From Deltaproteobacteria bacterium (lineage in GTDB: Bacteria > SAR324 > NAC60-12), in NCBI GenBank assembly GCA_038150265.1, contig JAYOTF010000016.1, positions 1-64,000 of the forward strand: 64,000 bases of DNA. Direction: 5' to 3'. Under the pieces are notes generated by a model. The model was not told the origin of the DNA and searched no databases. It saw only the letters and a program-made list of their open reading frames with translations. The position numbers and the translations under genes were made by a program. Positions 37,857-47,727 of the stretch are shown piece after piece (positions within the stretch are counted from its first letter, which is position 1; every line of letters begins with the position of its first letter).

Positions 37857-38882
37857 ATGAAGACTGGAATCCTCCTTGTCAACCTGGGCACTCCGGACGC
37901 GCCCCGTCCTCCGGAAGTCCGCCGCTACCTCAAGCAGTTCCTCAGTGACCCTCGGGTCATTGACATCAACCCGGTGCTGCGTTGGCTGCTGCTGAACCTG
38001 ATCATCCTCCCGATCCGCTCCCGCAAGTCCGCCAAGATCTACCAGACGGTCTGGACAGAAGCCGGGTCGCCTCTGCTGGTGTTTGGGCAGCAGCTGCAAA
38101 GCGCGCTTCAAGAACGCATGGGCGAAGTGCCGGTGGTACTGGCAATGCGCTACGGGAACCCGTCCATTGAGTCGGCCATGACGCAACTGCGGCAAGCCGA
38201 GTGTGACCGGGTCGTGATGGTGCCGCTGTTTCCGCAGTACGCCTCCAGCTCCTCCGGATCGGCCATTCAGGCGGTTTATGAGGAAGCTGGGCGGCACTGG
38301 AACACGCCTCACCTGGACGTCGTGCCTCCCTTCTTCGACCGGACTGAGTTCCTCCAGGCCTTTGCTGAAATCGGAGCGCCGTACCTTCAGGAGCGTCCGG
38401 ATCACGTTCTGTTCAGCTTCCATGGCATTCCAGAACGCCACGTCCGCAAGAGCGATGACACCGGAAAGTGGTGCCTGAGCCAGCCCGATTGCTGCGCCAC
38501 CTTGCGTCCGGAAAACCGAAACTGCTACAGCGCCCAGTGCTACCACACGGCCCAGCGCCTCGCCGCGCTGCTGGGGCTTCCAGAAGGAAGCTGGTCGGTG
38601 TCCTTTCAGTCTCGGCTGGGACGCGACCCGTGGCTCAAGCCCTACACCGACCACGTCATTGAGGAGCTCGGGCAGGCAGGAAAGAAGCGACTGGCCGTTT
38701 TCTGCCCCGCCTTTGTGGCCGACTGTCTGGAAACGCTGGAAGAAATTGGCGAGGAAGCGCTGGAGACGTTCCAGGAAGCCGGAGGCGAGCACCTGCAGCT
38801 CATCCCCTCCCTCAACGCCCACCCGGCTTGGGTCTCAGGGCTGGAGCAGCTCGTCCGGGAGCACCTGCCTGAGCCCGTCTGA
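37857..38882 (+). CDS. hemH: Ferrochelatase
   Basis: LVNLGTP, AMRYGNPS, PLFPQY, SFHGIP, FQSRLG, DCLETLEE. Confidence 0.96.
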   Translation: MKTGILLVNLGTPDAPRPPEVRRYLKQFLSDPRVIDINPVLRWLLLNLIILPIRSRKSAKIYQTVWTEAGSPLLVFGQQLQSALQERMGEVPVVLAMRYGNPSIESAMTQLRQAECDRVVMVPLFPQYASSSSGSAIQAVYEEAGRHWNTPHLDVVPPFFDRTEFLQAFAEIGAPYLQERPDHVLFSFHGIPERHVRKSDDTGKWCLSQPDCCATLRPENRNCYSAQCYHTAQRLAALLGLPEGSWSVSFQSRLGRDPWLKPYTDHVIEELGQAGKKRLAVFCPAFVADCLETLEEIGEEALETFQEAGGEHLQLIPSLNAHPAWVSGLEQLVREHLPEPV

Positions 38883-38941
38883 AAGCGCCCGGTTCTTGCA
38901 TTTTCGGGGGCAGCCCGCATCGTTTCCTGACAGGAGCCCCC

Positions 38942-39328
38942 ATGAAATTCATTGAGCTGTCGCGGAGTAACTACTTCCGCGTGACCAGTCGCTCGGCCTT
39001 CAACGCCATCTGCGTCTCCTACGGCCTCCGCCCCCTTGCTCCGCAGTCTGGTGCCAAGCGTGGAGAGGTCAGCTTCGTCATTTCTGATGGCAAGTCCACC
39101 AAGGGAGAGAGCATCCACTCCTTCAAGAAGGAGCTGGCGGCCATTCTGGAAGACGGTGAGGTGTGTATCGTCCGGACCATCGGGTTCGTCCAGGACTCAA
39201 TTGAGGAACTGCACGGCAAGACGATTGCGTTCAATTCCTCAGGCGAGGAAATCGTCATCGACCTGGATGACGTCTATGGGCAGGTCGAAGAAGAGTGGGA
39301 CGCCTCTGCTTCACCAGTAGAGGAATGA
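38942..39328 (+). CDS. Hypothetical protein (128 aa)
   Basis: AGGAG RBS; gene-like codon usage; followed by a hairpin. Confidence 0.75.
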   Translation: MKFIELSRSNYFRVTSRSAFNAICVSYGLRPLAPQSGAKRGEVSFVISDGKSTKGESIHSFKKELAAILEDGEVCIVRTIGFVQDSIEELHGKTIAFNSSGEEIVIDLDDVYGQVEEEWDASASPVEE

Positions 39329-39334
39329 GGACCG

Positions 39335-39352
39335 CCCCTGGCGAACCAGGGA
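39335..39352. terminator. Short hairpin between convergent genes
   Basis: CCCTGG-CGAA-CCAGGG. Confidence 0.45.
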
Positions 39353-39365
39353 CGCCCGGCAGGCT

Positions 39366-40211
39366 TCAGTCTGCGATGGTCCGCTGCGTCTGTTCGCCGA
39401 GGCCTTCAATGCCCAGCCGCATCGTCTGCCCGGTCTTGAGGTAAATCGGCTCCGGCTTCTGTCCCATGCCGACTCCGGGAGGAGTTCCGGTTGAGATGAT
39501 GTCTCCAGGCTGAAGGCTGAAGAACTGGCTGAGGTAGCTCACCAAATGGGCCACGCCATACACCATGGTCTGGGTGCTGCCGTTCTGGTAGCGATGCCCA
39601 TCCACTTCCAGCCACATTCCCAGGTTCTGCGGATCGGGCACTTCGTCTCGTGTCACCAGCCACGGACCAATCGGTCCGAAGGTGTCGCAGCTCTTGCCCT
39701 TCACCCACTGCCCGGCCCGCTCCAGTTGGAAGGCCCGCTCGGAGAGGTCGTTGACCACGCAGTACCCCGCGACGTGTTCCAGCGCCTGCGCCTCGTCGAC
39801 GTACTTTGCCGGCTTGCCAATCACCACGCCCAGCTCCACTTCCCAGTCGGTCTTTTCAGAACCTCGTGGAATGCGCACGTCGTCATCCGGACCACAGATC
39901 GCGCTCGTCGCCTTGAAGAAGATCACCGGCTCTGGCGGCACCTGCATTCCGGATTCGGCGGCGTGGTCGGCATAATTCAGTCCAATGCAGACAAACTTAC
40001 CCACCCCCTGCACACAGGGCCCCAGCCGAGGATTCCCAGACACTTCCGGGAGAGACTGCGGGTCAAGCCCCGCGAGGTGACTGAGGTTTTCCGGAAGCAA
40101 CGTCTCTCCACCAACGTCTGTGATGACGCCGGAGAGGTCTCGGATGGTTCCATCTGCGTCCAGCAGTCCCGGCTTCTCTTCTCCCGGATTTCCGTAGCGC
40201 AACAGCTTCAT
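39366..40211 (-). CDS. Fumarylacetoacetate hydrolase family protein (LRA6-like 2,4-diketo-3-deoxy-L-rhamnonate hydrolase candidate)
   Basis: CIGLNYADH, DWEVEL, NDLSER, KGKSCDTF, TGTPPGVG; lies next to the rhamnose cluster. Confidence 0.88.
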   Translation of the reverse strand: MKLLRYGNPGEEKPGLLDADGTIRDLSGVITDVGGETLLPENLSHLAGLDPQSLPEVSGNPRLGPCVQGVGKFVCIGLNYADHAAESGMQVPPEPVIFFKATSAICGPDDDVRIPRGSEKTDWEVELGVVIGKPAKYVDEAQALEHVAGYCVVNDLSERAFQLERAGQWVKGKSCDTFGPIGPWLVTRDEVPDPQNLGMWLEVDGHRYQNGSTQTMVYGVAHLVSYLSQFFSLQPGDIISTGTPPGVGMGQKPEPIYLKTGQTMRLGIEGLGEQTQRTIAD

Positions 40212-40271
40212 GTGGTTCCTTGTGTGTGAAGGGTGTTTGGATGATCGTCAGGGCTTCCTGCTCAGGAGCAG

Positions 40272-40949
40272 TCAACCGGACTCGGAAAGTGCCTCGGAGC
40301 GAGGCACGAGGATGTTTCGTCGAGACCACGCGACAATGTGCTCCTCCAGCTCATGGATCGCCTGTTCCAGGGGACCCGTCTGGATCAGCCGGGCCATCTT
40401 GCGGTGTCCCTCGAGCGAGGCCTGAGTCGCTTCATCAGAATGGGAGATGTAGTGGCGCATCGTCTCAATCATGGAGTTGATGTGGTCGTAGTGTTCCAGC
40501 AGGAAGCGGTTGCCGCTCAGGAGGAAGAAGCTGCGGTGGAACTCCGTGTCAAGGCTCAGGTAGGCCTCTCGGTCCGGACTCTGCTGGTGGACCTCCATGC
40601 GGGCCAGCACCGACTCCAGGGTTTCATGCAGGGCGACCGAGTTCCGCTGCACCGCATACCGCAGCGCCTGAGACTCCAACGCAAAGCGCAGCTCGCAAAA
40701 CTCTACCAGTTGCTCCTGGTCCATGGAGAAGACCTTGTAGCCCTTGTGGGTCTCCGACACCACCAGCCCCTCGGACTTCAACAGCGAAAGGGCTTCTCGA
40801 ACCGGAGTCTTGCTGATGCCCAACGCCTGCGACAGCGAGGCCTCCGTCAGCGCCTGCCCCAGCTCCAGCTCCCCCCGGATGATGCCCTCACGGATCGCCT
40901 CCACCGAGGCCTCCACCAATGACTTCGGACGCTTCTCCAGTTCCAGCAC
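40272..40949 (-). CDS. GntR (FadR/FCD) family transcriptional regulator (start approximate)
   Basis: LGISKTPVREAL wHTH; LDTEFH and GNRFL FCD motifs. Confidence 0.9.
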   Translation of the reverse strand: MLELEKRPKSLVEASVEAIREGIIRGELELGQALTEASLSQALGISKTPVREALSLLKSEGLVVSETHKGYKVFSMDQEQLVEFCELRFALESQALRYAVQRNSVALHETLESVLARMEVHQQSPDREAYLSLDTEFHRSFFLLSGNRFLLEHYDHINSMIETMRHYISHSDEATQASLEGHRKMARLIQTGPLEQAIHELEEHIVAWSRRNILVPRSEALSESG

Positions 40950-41137
40950 AAACAATTTCCCCCTGTAGTGATGATGCTCAAGAATCGCGGGATGCTCCCC
41001 ATTGTACGGCACTTGGAAAAAAGTGCTTGCCCTTTAGCTCGTCTAAACAAATATTAGACATTGTATATGATATCTCAAGCAAGAATTCGTGCAGGAGGTA
41101 TCAGCATCCCCAAGCTCCCTTACTCCCTGGAGGATCC

Positions 41138-42121
41138 ATGAAACGGTTGAAATCATTGTTTATTGCCGCCACGGCCCTGAGCCTACTGGCCGTTCCGCTG
41201 CAGGCTCAGACGCGCATTGCCATGGTGGTCAAGAGCCTCGGCAACGGCTTCTTTGAGGCGGCTCGAGACGGGGGCATGGACGCGGCCAAGGAACTGGGTG
41301 ACGTCGAGTTGATCTACACCGGACCCACGGCTGCCACCGCTGAGGGCCAGATTGAGGTCATCAACTCGCTGATTGCTCAGCGGGTGGACGCGCTGGTGAT
41401 CTCGGCCAATGATCCGGACGCGCTGGTCCCCATCACCAAGCGAGCCATGAGCCGTGGCATTGCTGTGGTGTCCTTTGACTCCGGAATCGCCAAAGACGGC
41501 CGGATGATGCACCTCAACCCTTCCAACAACGCCCTCATTGGCTACAAGCAGATCAAGATGATCAGCGACACGCTGGGCGGCAAGGGAGAGATTGCCATCC
41601 TCAGCGCCACCGCGCAGGCCACGAACCAGAACATCTGGATTGAGGAAATGAAGAAGACCCTCAAGAATTCGGAATTCAAGGGCCTCAAGCTCGTCAGCAC
41701 CGTCTACGGCGATGATCAGTCGGACAAGAGTTACCGCGAGGCCCTGGGGCTGTTCAGCAGCCACCCGAACCTCAAGGGCATCATCGCGCCGACCACCGTT
41801 GGCATTGCCGCTTCTGCGAAGGCGGTGGAAGACAAGGGCCTCGTTGGTCAGATCTATGTCTCCGGACTGGGGCTGCCTTCCGAAATGATCGGACACGTCA
41901 AGGCAGGCTCGGTCGATACCTTCGCCATCTGGAATCCGATCGACCTGGGCTACACGGCGACCTACCTCGGGTATCGCTTTGCCAAGGAGCAGGTTTCCAA
42001 CAACCAGGTGGAAGCCGGGCGCATGGGCACCATCACGTTCGATGAGAACGGGGAAGCCGCCATGGCCGAGCCGTTCACCTTTGACAAGGGGAACATCGAC
42101 CAATTTGCTCAGATCTTCTGA
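41138..42121 (+). CDS. rhaS: Rhamnose ABC transporter substrate-binding protein
   Basis: Signal peptide; VKSLGNGFF, ATNQNIWI, WNPIDLGY, typical of the rhizobial RhaS family; GGAGG RBS. Confidence 0.88.
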   Translation: MKRLKSLFIAATALSLLAVPLQAQTRIAMVVKSLGNGFFEAARDGGMDAAKELGDVELIYTGPTAATAEGQIEVINSLIAQRVDALVISANDPDALVPITKRAMSRGIAVVSFDSGIAKDGRMMHLNPSNNALIGYKQIKMISDTLGGKGEIAILSATAQATNQNIWIEEMKKTLKNSEFKGLKLVSTVYGDDQSDKSYREALGLFSSHPNLKGIIAPTTVGIAASAKAVEDKGLVGQIYVSGLGLPSEMIGHVKAGSVDTFAIWNPIDLGYTATYLGYRFAKEQVSNNQVEAGRMGTITFDENGEAAMAEPFTFDKGNIDQFAQIF

Positions 42122-42147
42122 TCGAGCCGGACTCGCTTCTCTCCTGG

Positions 42148-42185
42148 CACCCTGTCATGGGAATCGTTTTTCCTGGGACAGGGTG
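42148..42185 (+). other. Intercistronic stem-loop after the SBP gene (possible mRNA stabiliser)
   Basis: CACCCTGTC...GACAGGGTG with additional inner pairing. Confidence 0.6.
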
Positions 42186-42197
42186 TTCATTTCTCAC

Positions 42198-43709
42198 GTG
42201 GCTTCCGTGACGGCACCTCTCCTTGAGCTCAGTGGCATCAGCAAGCGCTTCCCGGGCGTCCGGGCGCTGCACCAGGCAGCCTTCCAGCTGCATCCGGGAG
42301 AAGTGTTGGCCCTCATCGGCGAAAACGGCGCCGGCAAGTCCACCCTCGTCAAGATCCTCACCGGGCTCTACACGCCCGACGACGGCACGCTCCACCTCAA
42401 CGGCACCCCCACCCGCCTCAGCTCTGCCCGAGACGCCTGGACCGCTGGCATCACCGCCATCCACCAGGAAACCGTGATGTTCCAGGAACTCAGCGTCGCC
42501 GAAAACATCTTCATCGGCCACCTGCCTCAAAAAGGCGTTCGGGTGGACTGGGCCGAAATGAAGCGCCGAGCCCAGGAACTGCTGGACCAGCTGGAGGTGG
42601 ACCTGCACCCGGATGAGCGCTTGAAGAACCTGAGCATCGCGCAGCGGCACATCGTCGAAATCGCCCGGGCGCTTTCGCATGATGCGCAGATCGTCATCAT
42701 GGATGAACCCACGGCCGCGCTCTCGCAGCGGGAGGTTGAAGACCTCTACCGCATCGTCCGGAGCCTCCGGGAACAGGGCAAGGGCATCCTCTTCATCTCC
42801 CACAAGTTTGAAGAAGTCTTTGAGCTGGCCGACCGCTACGTCGTTCTGCGAGACGGCGAGGTTGTGGGAACCGGCGCCATGGAAGCCGTCACTCAGGAAG
42901 ACCTCGTGCGGATGATGGTCGGACGCCCGGTGGATCAGGTCTTCCCGAAGGTGACGGTTGAGCCTGGACCCGTCCTCCTTGAGGTGGAGAACCTGCGGCA
43001 TCCCACCGAGTTTGCCGACATCTCCTTCTCCCTGCGGTCCGGGGAGATCCTTGGCTTCTACGGGCTCGTCGGGGCTGGACGGACGGAGGTCATGCAGGCC
43101 CTGTTCGGGCTCACCCGTCCTTCCGGAGGCACCATCCGCCTGGAAGGCCAACCGGTTGCGCTTGCTCGCCCTGCCGACGCCATTCAGGCCGGCATTGTCT
43201 ATGTTCCGGAAGATCGTCAGGGCTCCGGAGCCATCCTCCCGCTGAGCATCCGAGACAACATCACCCTGCCTTTGCTCAGGGAAGTCGTCGGGGGCTGGAA
43301 GCTGAACACGGAGCGCGAGCTGCAGCGGTCCCGGGAATACGGAACTCGCCTGGACCTGAGGGCCTCAAACTGGGGCCAGCACGTGGAGGAGCTGTCCGGA
43401 GGCAACCAGCAGAAGGTGGTGATCGCCAAGTGGCTCGCCACGCAGCCCAAGGTGATCATCCTCGATGAGCCCACAAAGGGCATCGACGTGGGTTCCAAGT
43501 CTGCCGTCCATGCCTTCATGGGCGAGCTGGTTCAGCAGGGCCTCGCCGTGATTCTGGTCAGCTCCGAGCTTCCGGAGGTGCTCGGCATGGCCGATCGCAT
43601 CGCCGTGATGCGATCCGGACGCATTCACCAGGTCTTCTCTCGAGAGGAAGCGTCTGCAGAAAAAATTGTTGCCGTGGCCCTGGACACCCCACTTCCGGAG
43701 GTCGCATGA
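42198..43709 (+). CDS. Sugar ABC transporter ATP-binding protein (RbsA/RhaT type, GTG start approximate)
   Basis: GENGAGKST, MDEPT, LSGGNQQK, DEPTKGID; two ABC domains. Confidence 0.93.
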   Translation: MASVTAPLLELSGISKRFPGVRALHQAAFQLHPGEVLALIGENGAGKSTLVKILTGLYTPDDGTLHLNGTPTRLSSARDAWTAGITAIHQETVMFQELSVAENIFIGHLPQKGVRVDWAEMKRRAQELLDQLEVDLHPDERLKNLSIAQRHIVEIARALSHDAQIVIMDEPTAALSQREVEDLYRIVRSLREQGKGILFISHKFEEVFELADRYVVLRDGEVVGTGAMEAVTQEDLVRMMVGRPVDQVFPKVTVEPGPVLLEVENLRHPTEFADISFSLRSGEILGFYGLVGAGRTEVMQALFGLTRPSGGTIRLEGQPVALARPADAIQAGIVYVPEDRQGSGAILPLSIRDNITLPLLREVVGGWKLNTERELQRSREYGTRLDLRASNWGQHVEELSGGNQQKVVIAKWLATQPKVIILDEPTKGIDVGSKSAVHAFMGELVQQGLAVILVSSELPEVLGMADRIAVMRSGRIHQVFSREEASAEKIVAVALDTPLPEVA

Positions 43710-44689
43710 GCAGACGCCCCCACCACCGTGAATGGGTTCTGGGCGGGCTCGTCCTCAGCCTGATGCTGCTCATTGGGGTACGCGCGCCGGTCTTTCTCTC
43801 TTGGGAAAGCCTGGATGCGCTGCTGACCGATGTCTCCATTTTGACGATGATGGCGCTCGCGCAGATGCTCGTCATCCTGACTCGGGGAATCGACCTCTCC
43901 GTCGCCTCGAACCTCGCGCTGAGCGGAATGGTGGTCGCCCTGCTCGGAAAGGCGGCTCCGGACCTGCCGCTGCTGGTGCTCATCGCCCTTGCCGTCCTCA
44001 ATGGCGCTGTGCTGGGCATCGTGAATGGAGGCCTCATCGCCGGCCTGGGCATTCCGCCCATTGTGGTCACCCTGGGTACCCTGAGCATGTTCCGGGGCCT
44101 GATCTTTGTGATCAGTGGCGGCGAGTGGATTTCCTCACACGAGATGCCCGCCGCATTTCTGGACTTTCCTCGGGAGCGGTTACTGGGGCTGACGCACCTG
44201 GCGTGGTTGGCGCTGCTGATGCTCGTTCTGGTTCACTTTCTCCTCAAGCACAGCCGGATCGGCCGGGAGCTGTATGCCCTTGGCGGCAACCCGAAGGCAG
44301 CGGTGTACGTGGGCATCCCCATCGCACGGCGCCAGCTCTTCGTCTACACCTTCACCGGAGCCGTGTCCGGACTGTGCGGGTACCTGTGGGTCGCCCGGTA
44401 CGCCATCGCCTACACCGAGATCGCCTCCGGGTTTGAGCTGCAGGTGATCGCAGCGTGCGTGATCGGAGGAGTCAGCATTGCCGGAGGCATTGGCTCGGTC
44501 GCGGGATGCGTCCTTGGGGCCTTGTTCCTCGGTGTGATCAACAACGCGCTCCCGGTCATTAACGTCTCTCCCTTCTGGCAGATGGCCATTTCCGGAGCCG
44601 TCATCCTCGCCGCGGTCGTAGTCAACTCCCGAGAGGAGAAGCAGCAGGGCAAGCGCATCCTCCCGGTTTCGGAGGCGCCTCATGGATAA
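43706..44689 (+). CDS. Sugar ABC transporter permease (RhaP-like)
   Basis: RGIDLSV, VTLGT, ELQVIAACVIGGVS. Confidence 0.92.
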   Translation: MSRRPHHREWVLGGLVLSLMLLIGVRAPVFLSWESLDALLTDVSILTMMALAQMLVILTRGIDLSVASNLALSGMVVALLGKAAPDLPLLVLIALAVLNGAVLGIVNGGLIAGLGIPPIVVTLGTLSMFRGLIFVISGGEWISSHEMPAAFLDFPRERLLGLTHLAWLALLMLVLVHFLLKHSRIGRELYALGGNPKAAVYVGIPIARRQLFVYTFTGAVSGLCGYLWVARYAIAYTEIASGFELQVIAACVIGGVSIAGGIGSVAGCVLGALFLGVINNALPVINVSPFWQMAISGAVILAAVVVNSREEKQQGKRILPVSEAPHG

Positions 44690-45686
44690 ATCCGTCCGGC
44701 CCCAGGATTCTGCGCGTGTCATTCCCGATCGTCTGCCACTGGGCCTGAAGGAGGCGCTGCTGCGCTGGGAGGTGCTGCTGGTTGTGCTGCTGGCGCTGGT
44801 CATTGCCGTCAACTCCAGCCTCTCCCCCTACTTCCTGGACCTCTACAACCTGGCAGACAGCACCGTCAATTTTTCCGAGAAGGCCCTGATCGTCCTCTCA
44901 ATGACACTGGTGATCCTCTGCCGCGACATTGACCTCTCGGTAGCGTCCATCATTGCGCTGGCGTCCGTGGGCGTGGGCCTCGCACACCAGGCGGGCGTTC
45001 CGGGAGAGGTGTTGCCGCTGGTCGGAATTGCCATTGGCCTGCTTGCGGGCGCCCTGAACGGCTGGATCGTCACGCGCTTTGCGGTTCCGTCCATCGTGGT
45101 CACCATCGGCACCATGTCCCTTTACCGGGGCATCGCCTACGTGGTCCTGGGCGACGAAGCCTTCACCCGCTACCCGGCGGAGTTTCTTTTCTGGGGTCAG
45201 CACTACGCGTTTGGGCTGATTCCGCTGGAGTTCCTCATCTTCCTCGGGTTTGCCCTCGTCTTCGGACTCGTCCTGCACGGGACCGTGCTGGGCCGGCACC
45301 TCTATGCCATTGGCAACAACCCCGTTGCCGCTCGCTTCACGGGCCTTCCCGTCGACCGCTACCGGCTGGGCCTCTTCATGGTCAGTGGCTTCATGTCCGG
45401 CATTGCTGCCGTACTGCTGACAGGACGCATTGGGAGCACCCGTCCCAACATTGCCATGGCCTGGGAACTGGAGGTCGTCACCGTCGTTGTCCTCGGTGGT
45501 GTCAGCATCATGGGGGGCTCCGGGACCATTCCGGGCGTCGTCCTTGCCGTGTTCCTGATGGGCATGGTGACCTTTGGGTTGGGCCTGATGAATGTCCCCG
45601 GAATCGTCATGACCATCTTCATCGGAGGCTTGCTGATCACCTCCATTGCGCTGCCCCTTGTGGTGCGACGCCTCACTCGCTCCTGA
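44682..45686 (+). CDS. Sugar ABC transporter permease (RhaQ-like)
   Basis: RDIDLSV, STRPNIA, ELEVVTVVVLGGVS. Confidence 0.92.
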   Translation: MDKSVRPQDSARVIPDRLPLGLKEALLRWEVLLVVLLALVIAVNSSLSPYFLDLYNLADSTVNFSEKALIVLSMTLVILCRDIDLSVASIIALASVGVGLAHQAGVPGEVLPLVGIAIGLLAGALNGWIVTRFAVPSIVVTIGTMSLYRGIAYVVLGDEAFTRYPAEFLFWGQHYAFGLIPLEFLIFLGFALVFGLVLHGTVLGRHLYAIGNNPVAARFTGLPVDRYRLGLFMVSGFMSGIAAVLLTGRIGSTRPNIAMAWELEVVTVVVLGGVSIMGGSGTIPGVVLAVFLMGMVTFGLGLMNVPGIVMTIFIGGLLITSIALPLVVRRLTRS

Positions 45687-45775
45687 ACGGGCTCCGTCAT
45701 GCAATCGCCTGCTTTCCGGATGCCCTTCACTTTCATTGATGCTTCACCTTCCCTTGATTCTGAAAGGAGGTTCGA

Positions 45776-46528
45776 ATGAACCAGATTGACCTGCACGGCC
45801 AGAGTGCCGTGGTCACCGGAGCCGCCCAGGGCCTGGGCTTTGCCATTGCTCAGCGCCTGTTTGAGTCCGGCGCTGCCGTCAGCCTGTGGGACGTCGATGG
45901 TCCCATGCTGGAGCAGGCTCTTGAGCAGCTCGGTCCCTCCGACCACCTTCACACGCAGGTGGTTGATGTCGCCAACCTGGCTTCGGTTGAAGCGGCCACG
46001 GCAGCGACCCGGGAAGCCTTTGGACGCGTGGACATCCTCGTGGCAAACGCCGGGATCGCGGGTCCCAACCACAAACTCTGGGAGTACCCGGTGGAGGCCT
46101 GGCAACAGGTGATGGACATCAACATCAATGGCGTCTTCCACTGCAACCGCAGCCTGGCCCCGCTGATGGTGGCCCAAAAGTATGGGCGCATCGTCAATGT
46201 CGCCTCCATTGCCGGCAAGGAGGGCAACCCGAACGCTTCTGCCTACAGTGCCTCCAAGGCCGCTGTGATCGCCCTGACGAAGTCGCTGGGGAAGGAGCTG
46301 GCCGGGCTCGATGTGGCCGTCAACTGCATCACCCCGGCTGCCGCCCGGACCCGCATCTTCGACCAGATGACCCAGGAGCACATCGACTTCATGCTCTCCA
46401 AGATCCCCCGGAACCGCTTCCTCGAAGTCAAGGAAGCCGCTGCGCTGGTGGCCTGGCTCGTCTCTCCGGAAAACTCCTTCACCACTGGGGGCGTCTTTGA
46501 CCTCAGTGGCGGCCGAGCGACCTACTGA
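45776..46528 (+). CDS. SDR oxidoreductase (LRA5-like 2-keto-3-deoxy-L-rhamnonate 4-dehydrogenase candidate)
   Basis: TGAAQGLG, NAG, ASIAGKEGNP, YSASK; AGGAGG RBS. Confidence 0.85.
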   Translation: MNQIDLHGQSAVVTGAAQGLGFAIAQRLFESGAAVSLWDVDGPMLEQALEQLGPSDHLHTQVVDVANLASVEAATAATREAFGRVDILVANAGIAGPNHKLWEYPVEAWQQVMDININGVFHCNRSLAPLMVAQKYGRIVNVASIAGKEGNPNASAYSASKAAVIALTKSLGKELAGLDVAVNCITPAAARTRIFDQMTQEHIDFMLSKIPRNRFLEVKEAAALVAWLVSPENSFTTGGVFDLSGGRATY

Positions 46529-46536
46529 GGAGGGAC

Positions 46537-47727
46537 ATGACACCCGTCACCATCAAAGACGTCCGGGCCTACGTCCTCGAGCAAACCGGGTCCGGCGGCG
46601 ACTATCATGACCGCGAAGCCGGGCACTGGCTCGTGGACTCCCTCATTGCCACCCCGATGTCGGCGTACCCGGACTACAGGCAGTCCCGGACGAGCTTCGG
46701 CATCAACGTCATGAACAGCATTGTTGTTGAAATCGAAACCTCCGATGGCACCGTTGGTGTTGGGGCCGGACAGGGCGGAGCGCCCGCGTGCTACATCATT
46801 GAGAAGCACTTCAAGCGCTTCCTCATGGGGCAAGACCCCCGGCAGCTGAACCGCTTCTGGGACCAGATGTTCCGGGCCAGCCTCTACTACGCCGGGAAGG
46901 GCGTTCCACTCTGGGCCCTGAGTGCCGTGGACCTGGCCCTCTGGGACGTCCTGGGGCTGCTGCGGGACGAGCCCGTGTACCAGATGATCGGCGGTGCCGT
47001 GCGAGATGAGATTGCCCTCTACTGCACCGGGATCCGTCCGGACGTCGCGCAGGCCAATGGCTTCATTGGTGGGAAGATGCCCCTCGCCCACGGTCCTGCT
47101 GATCGACTGGAAGGCATCCGGGCCAACCGGGAAGCGTTCCAGGCCATGCGAGAAAAGGTGGGGCCGGACTTCATGCTGATGGCCGACTGCTGGATGGCCC
47201 TGGATGTGCCCTATGCAACAGAGCTCGCCTATGCCCTCCGGGACCTGAACCTGTACTGGCTGGAAGAGGTGCTGCCGCCCTACGACTTTGACGGACACCG
47301 ACTCCTCAAGGAACGGGCGCCCTGGATGCGCTGGACCACTGGCGAGCACGAATACACGCGTTACGGCTTCCGGAAGTTGATTGAATCGCGCGCAGTCGAT
47401 ATCATTCAGCCGGATGTGATGTGGTGCGGCGGCCTGACGGAGCTGTTGCGGATTTCAGCCCTTGCCGCCACCTATGACGTCCCGGTGGTGCCTCACGGAA
47501 GCGGTGCCTACAGCTATCACTTTGTGATCACGCAGCCGCACTGCCCCTTCTGTGAGTACCTCAACACCAGCCCGGACTGCCTCACCTTTCCGGCCGTGTT
47601 TGGGGACATGTTCACCAACGAACAGCTTCCGGATCAGGGCCGGATCCGCCTCACGGAGGCTCCGGGGTGGGGACTGACGCTCAACCGAGAAGCCCTCAAC
47701 CTGGTCCGTCCTTACGCGGAGGAATGA
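46537..47727 (+). CDS. rhmD: L-rhamnonate dehydratase (enolase superfamily)
   Basis: GGDYHD, IATPMS, SFGINV, GEHEYTRYGF, QPDVMWCGG, VPHGSG. Confidence 0.92.
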   Translation: MTPVTIKDVRAYVLEQTGSGGDYHDREAGHWLVDSLIATPMSAYPDYRQSRTSFGINVMNSIVVEIETSDGTVGVGAGQGGAPACYIIEKHFKRFLMGQDPRQLNRFWDQMFRASLYYAGKGVPLWALSAVDLALWDVLGLLRDEPVYQMIGGAVRDEIALYCTGIRPDVAQANGFIGGKMPLAHGPADRLEGIRANREAFQAMREKVGPDFMLMADCWMALDVPYATELAYALRDLNLYWLEEVLPPYDFDGHRLLKERAPWMRWTTGEHEYTRYGFRKLIESRAVDIIQPDVMWCGGLTELLRISALAATYDVPVVPHGSGAYSYHFVITQPHCPFCEYLNTSPDCLTFPAVFGDMFTNEQLPDQGRIRLTEAPGWGLTLNREALNLVRPYAEE

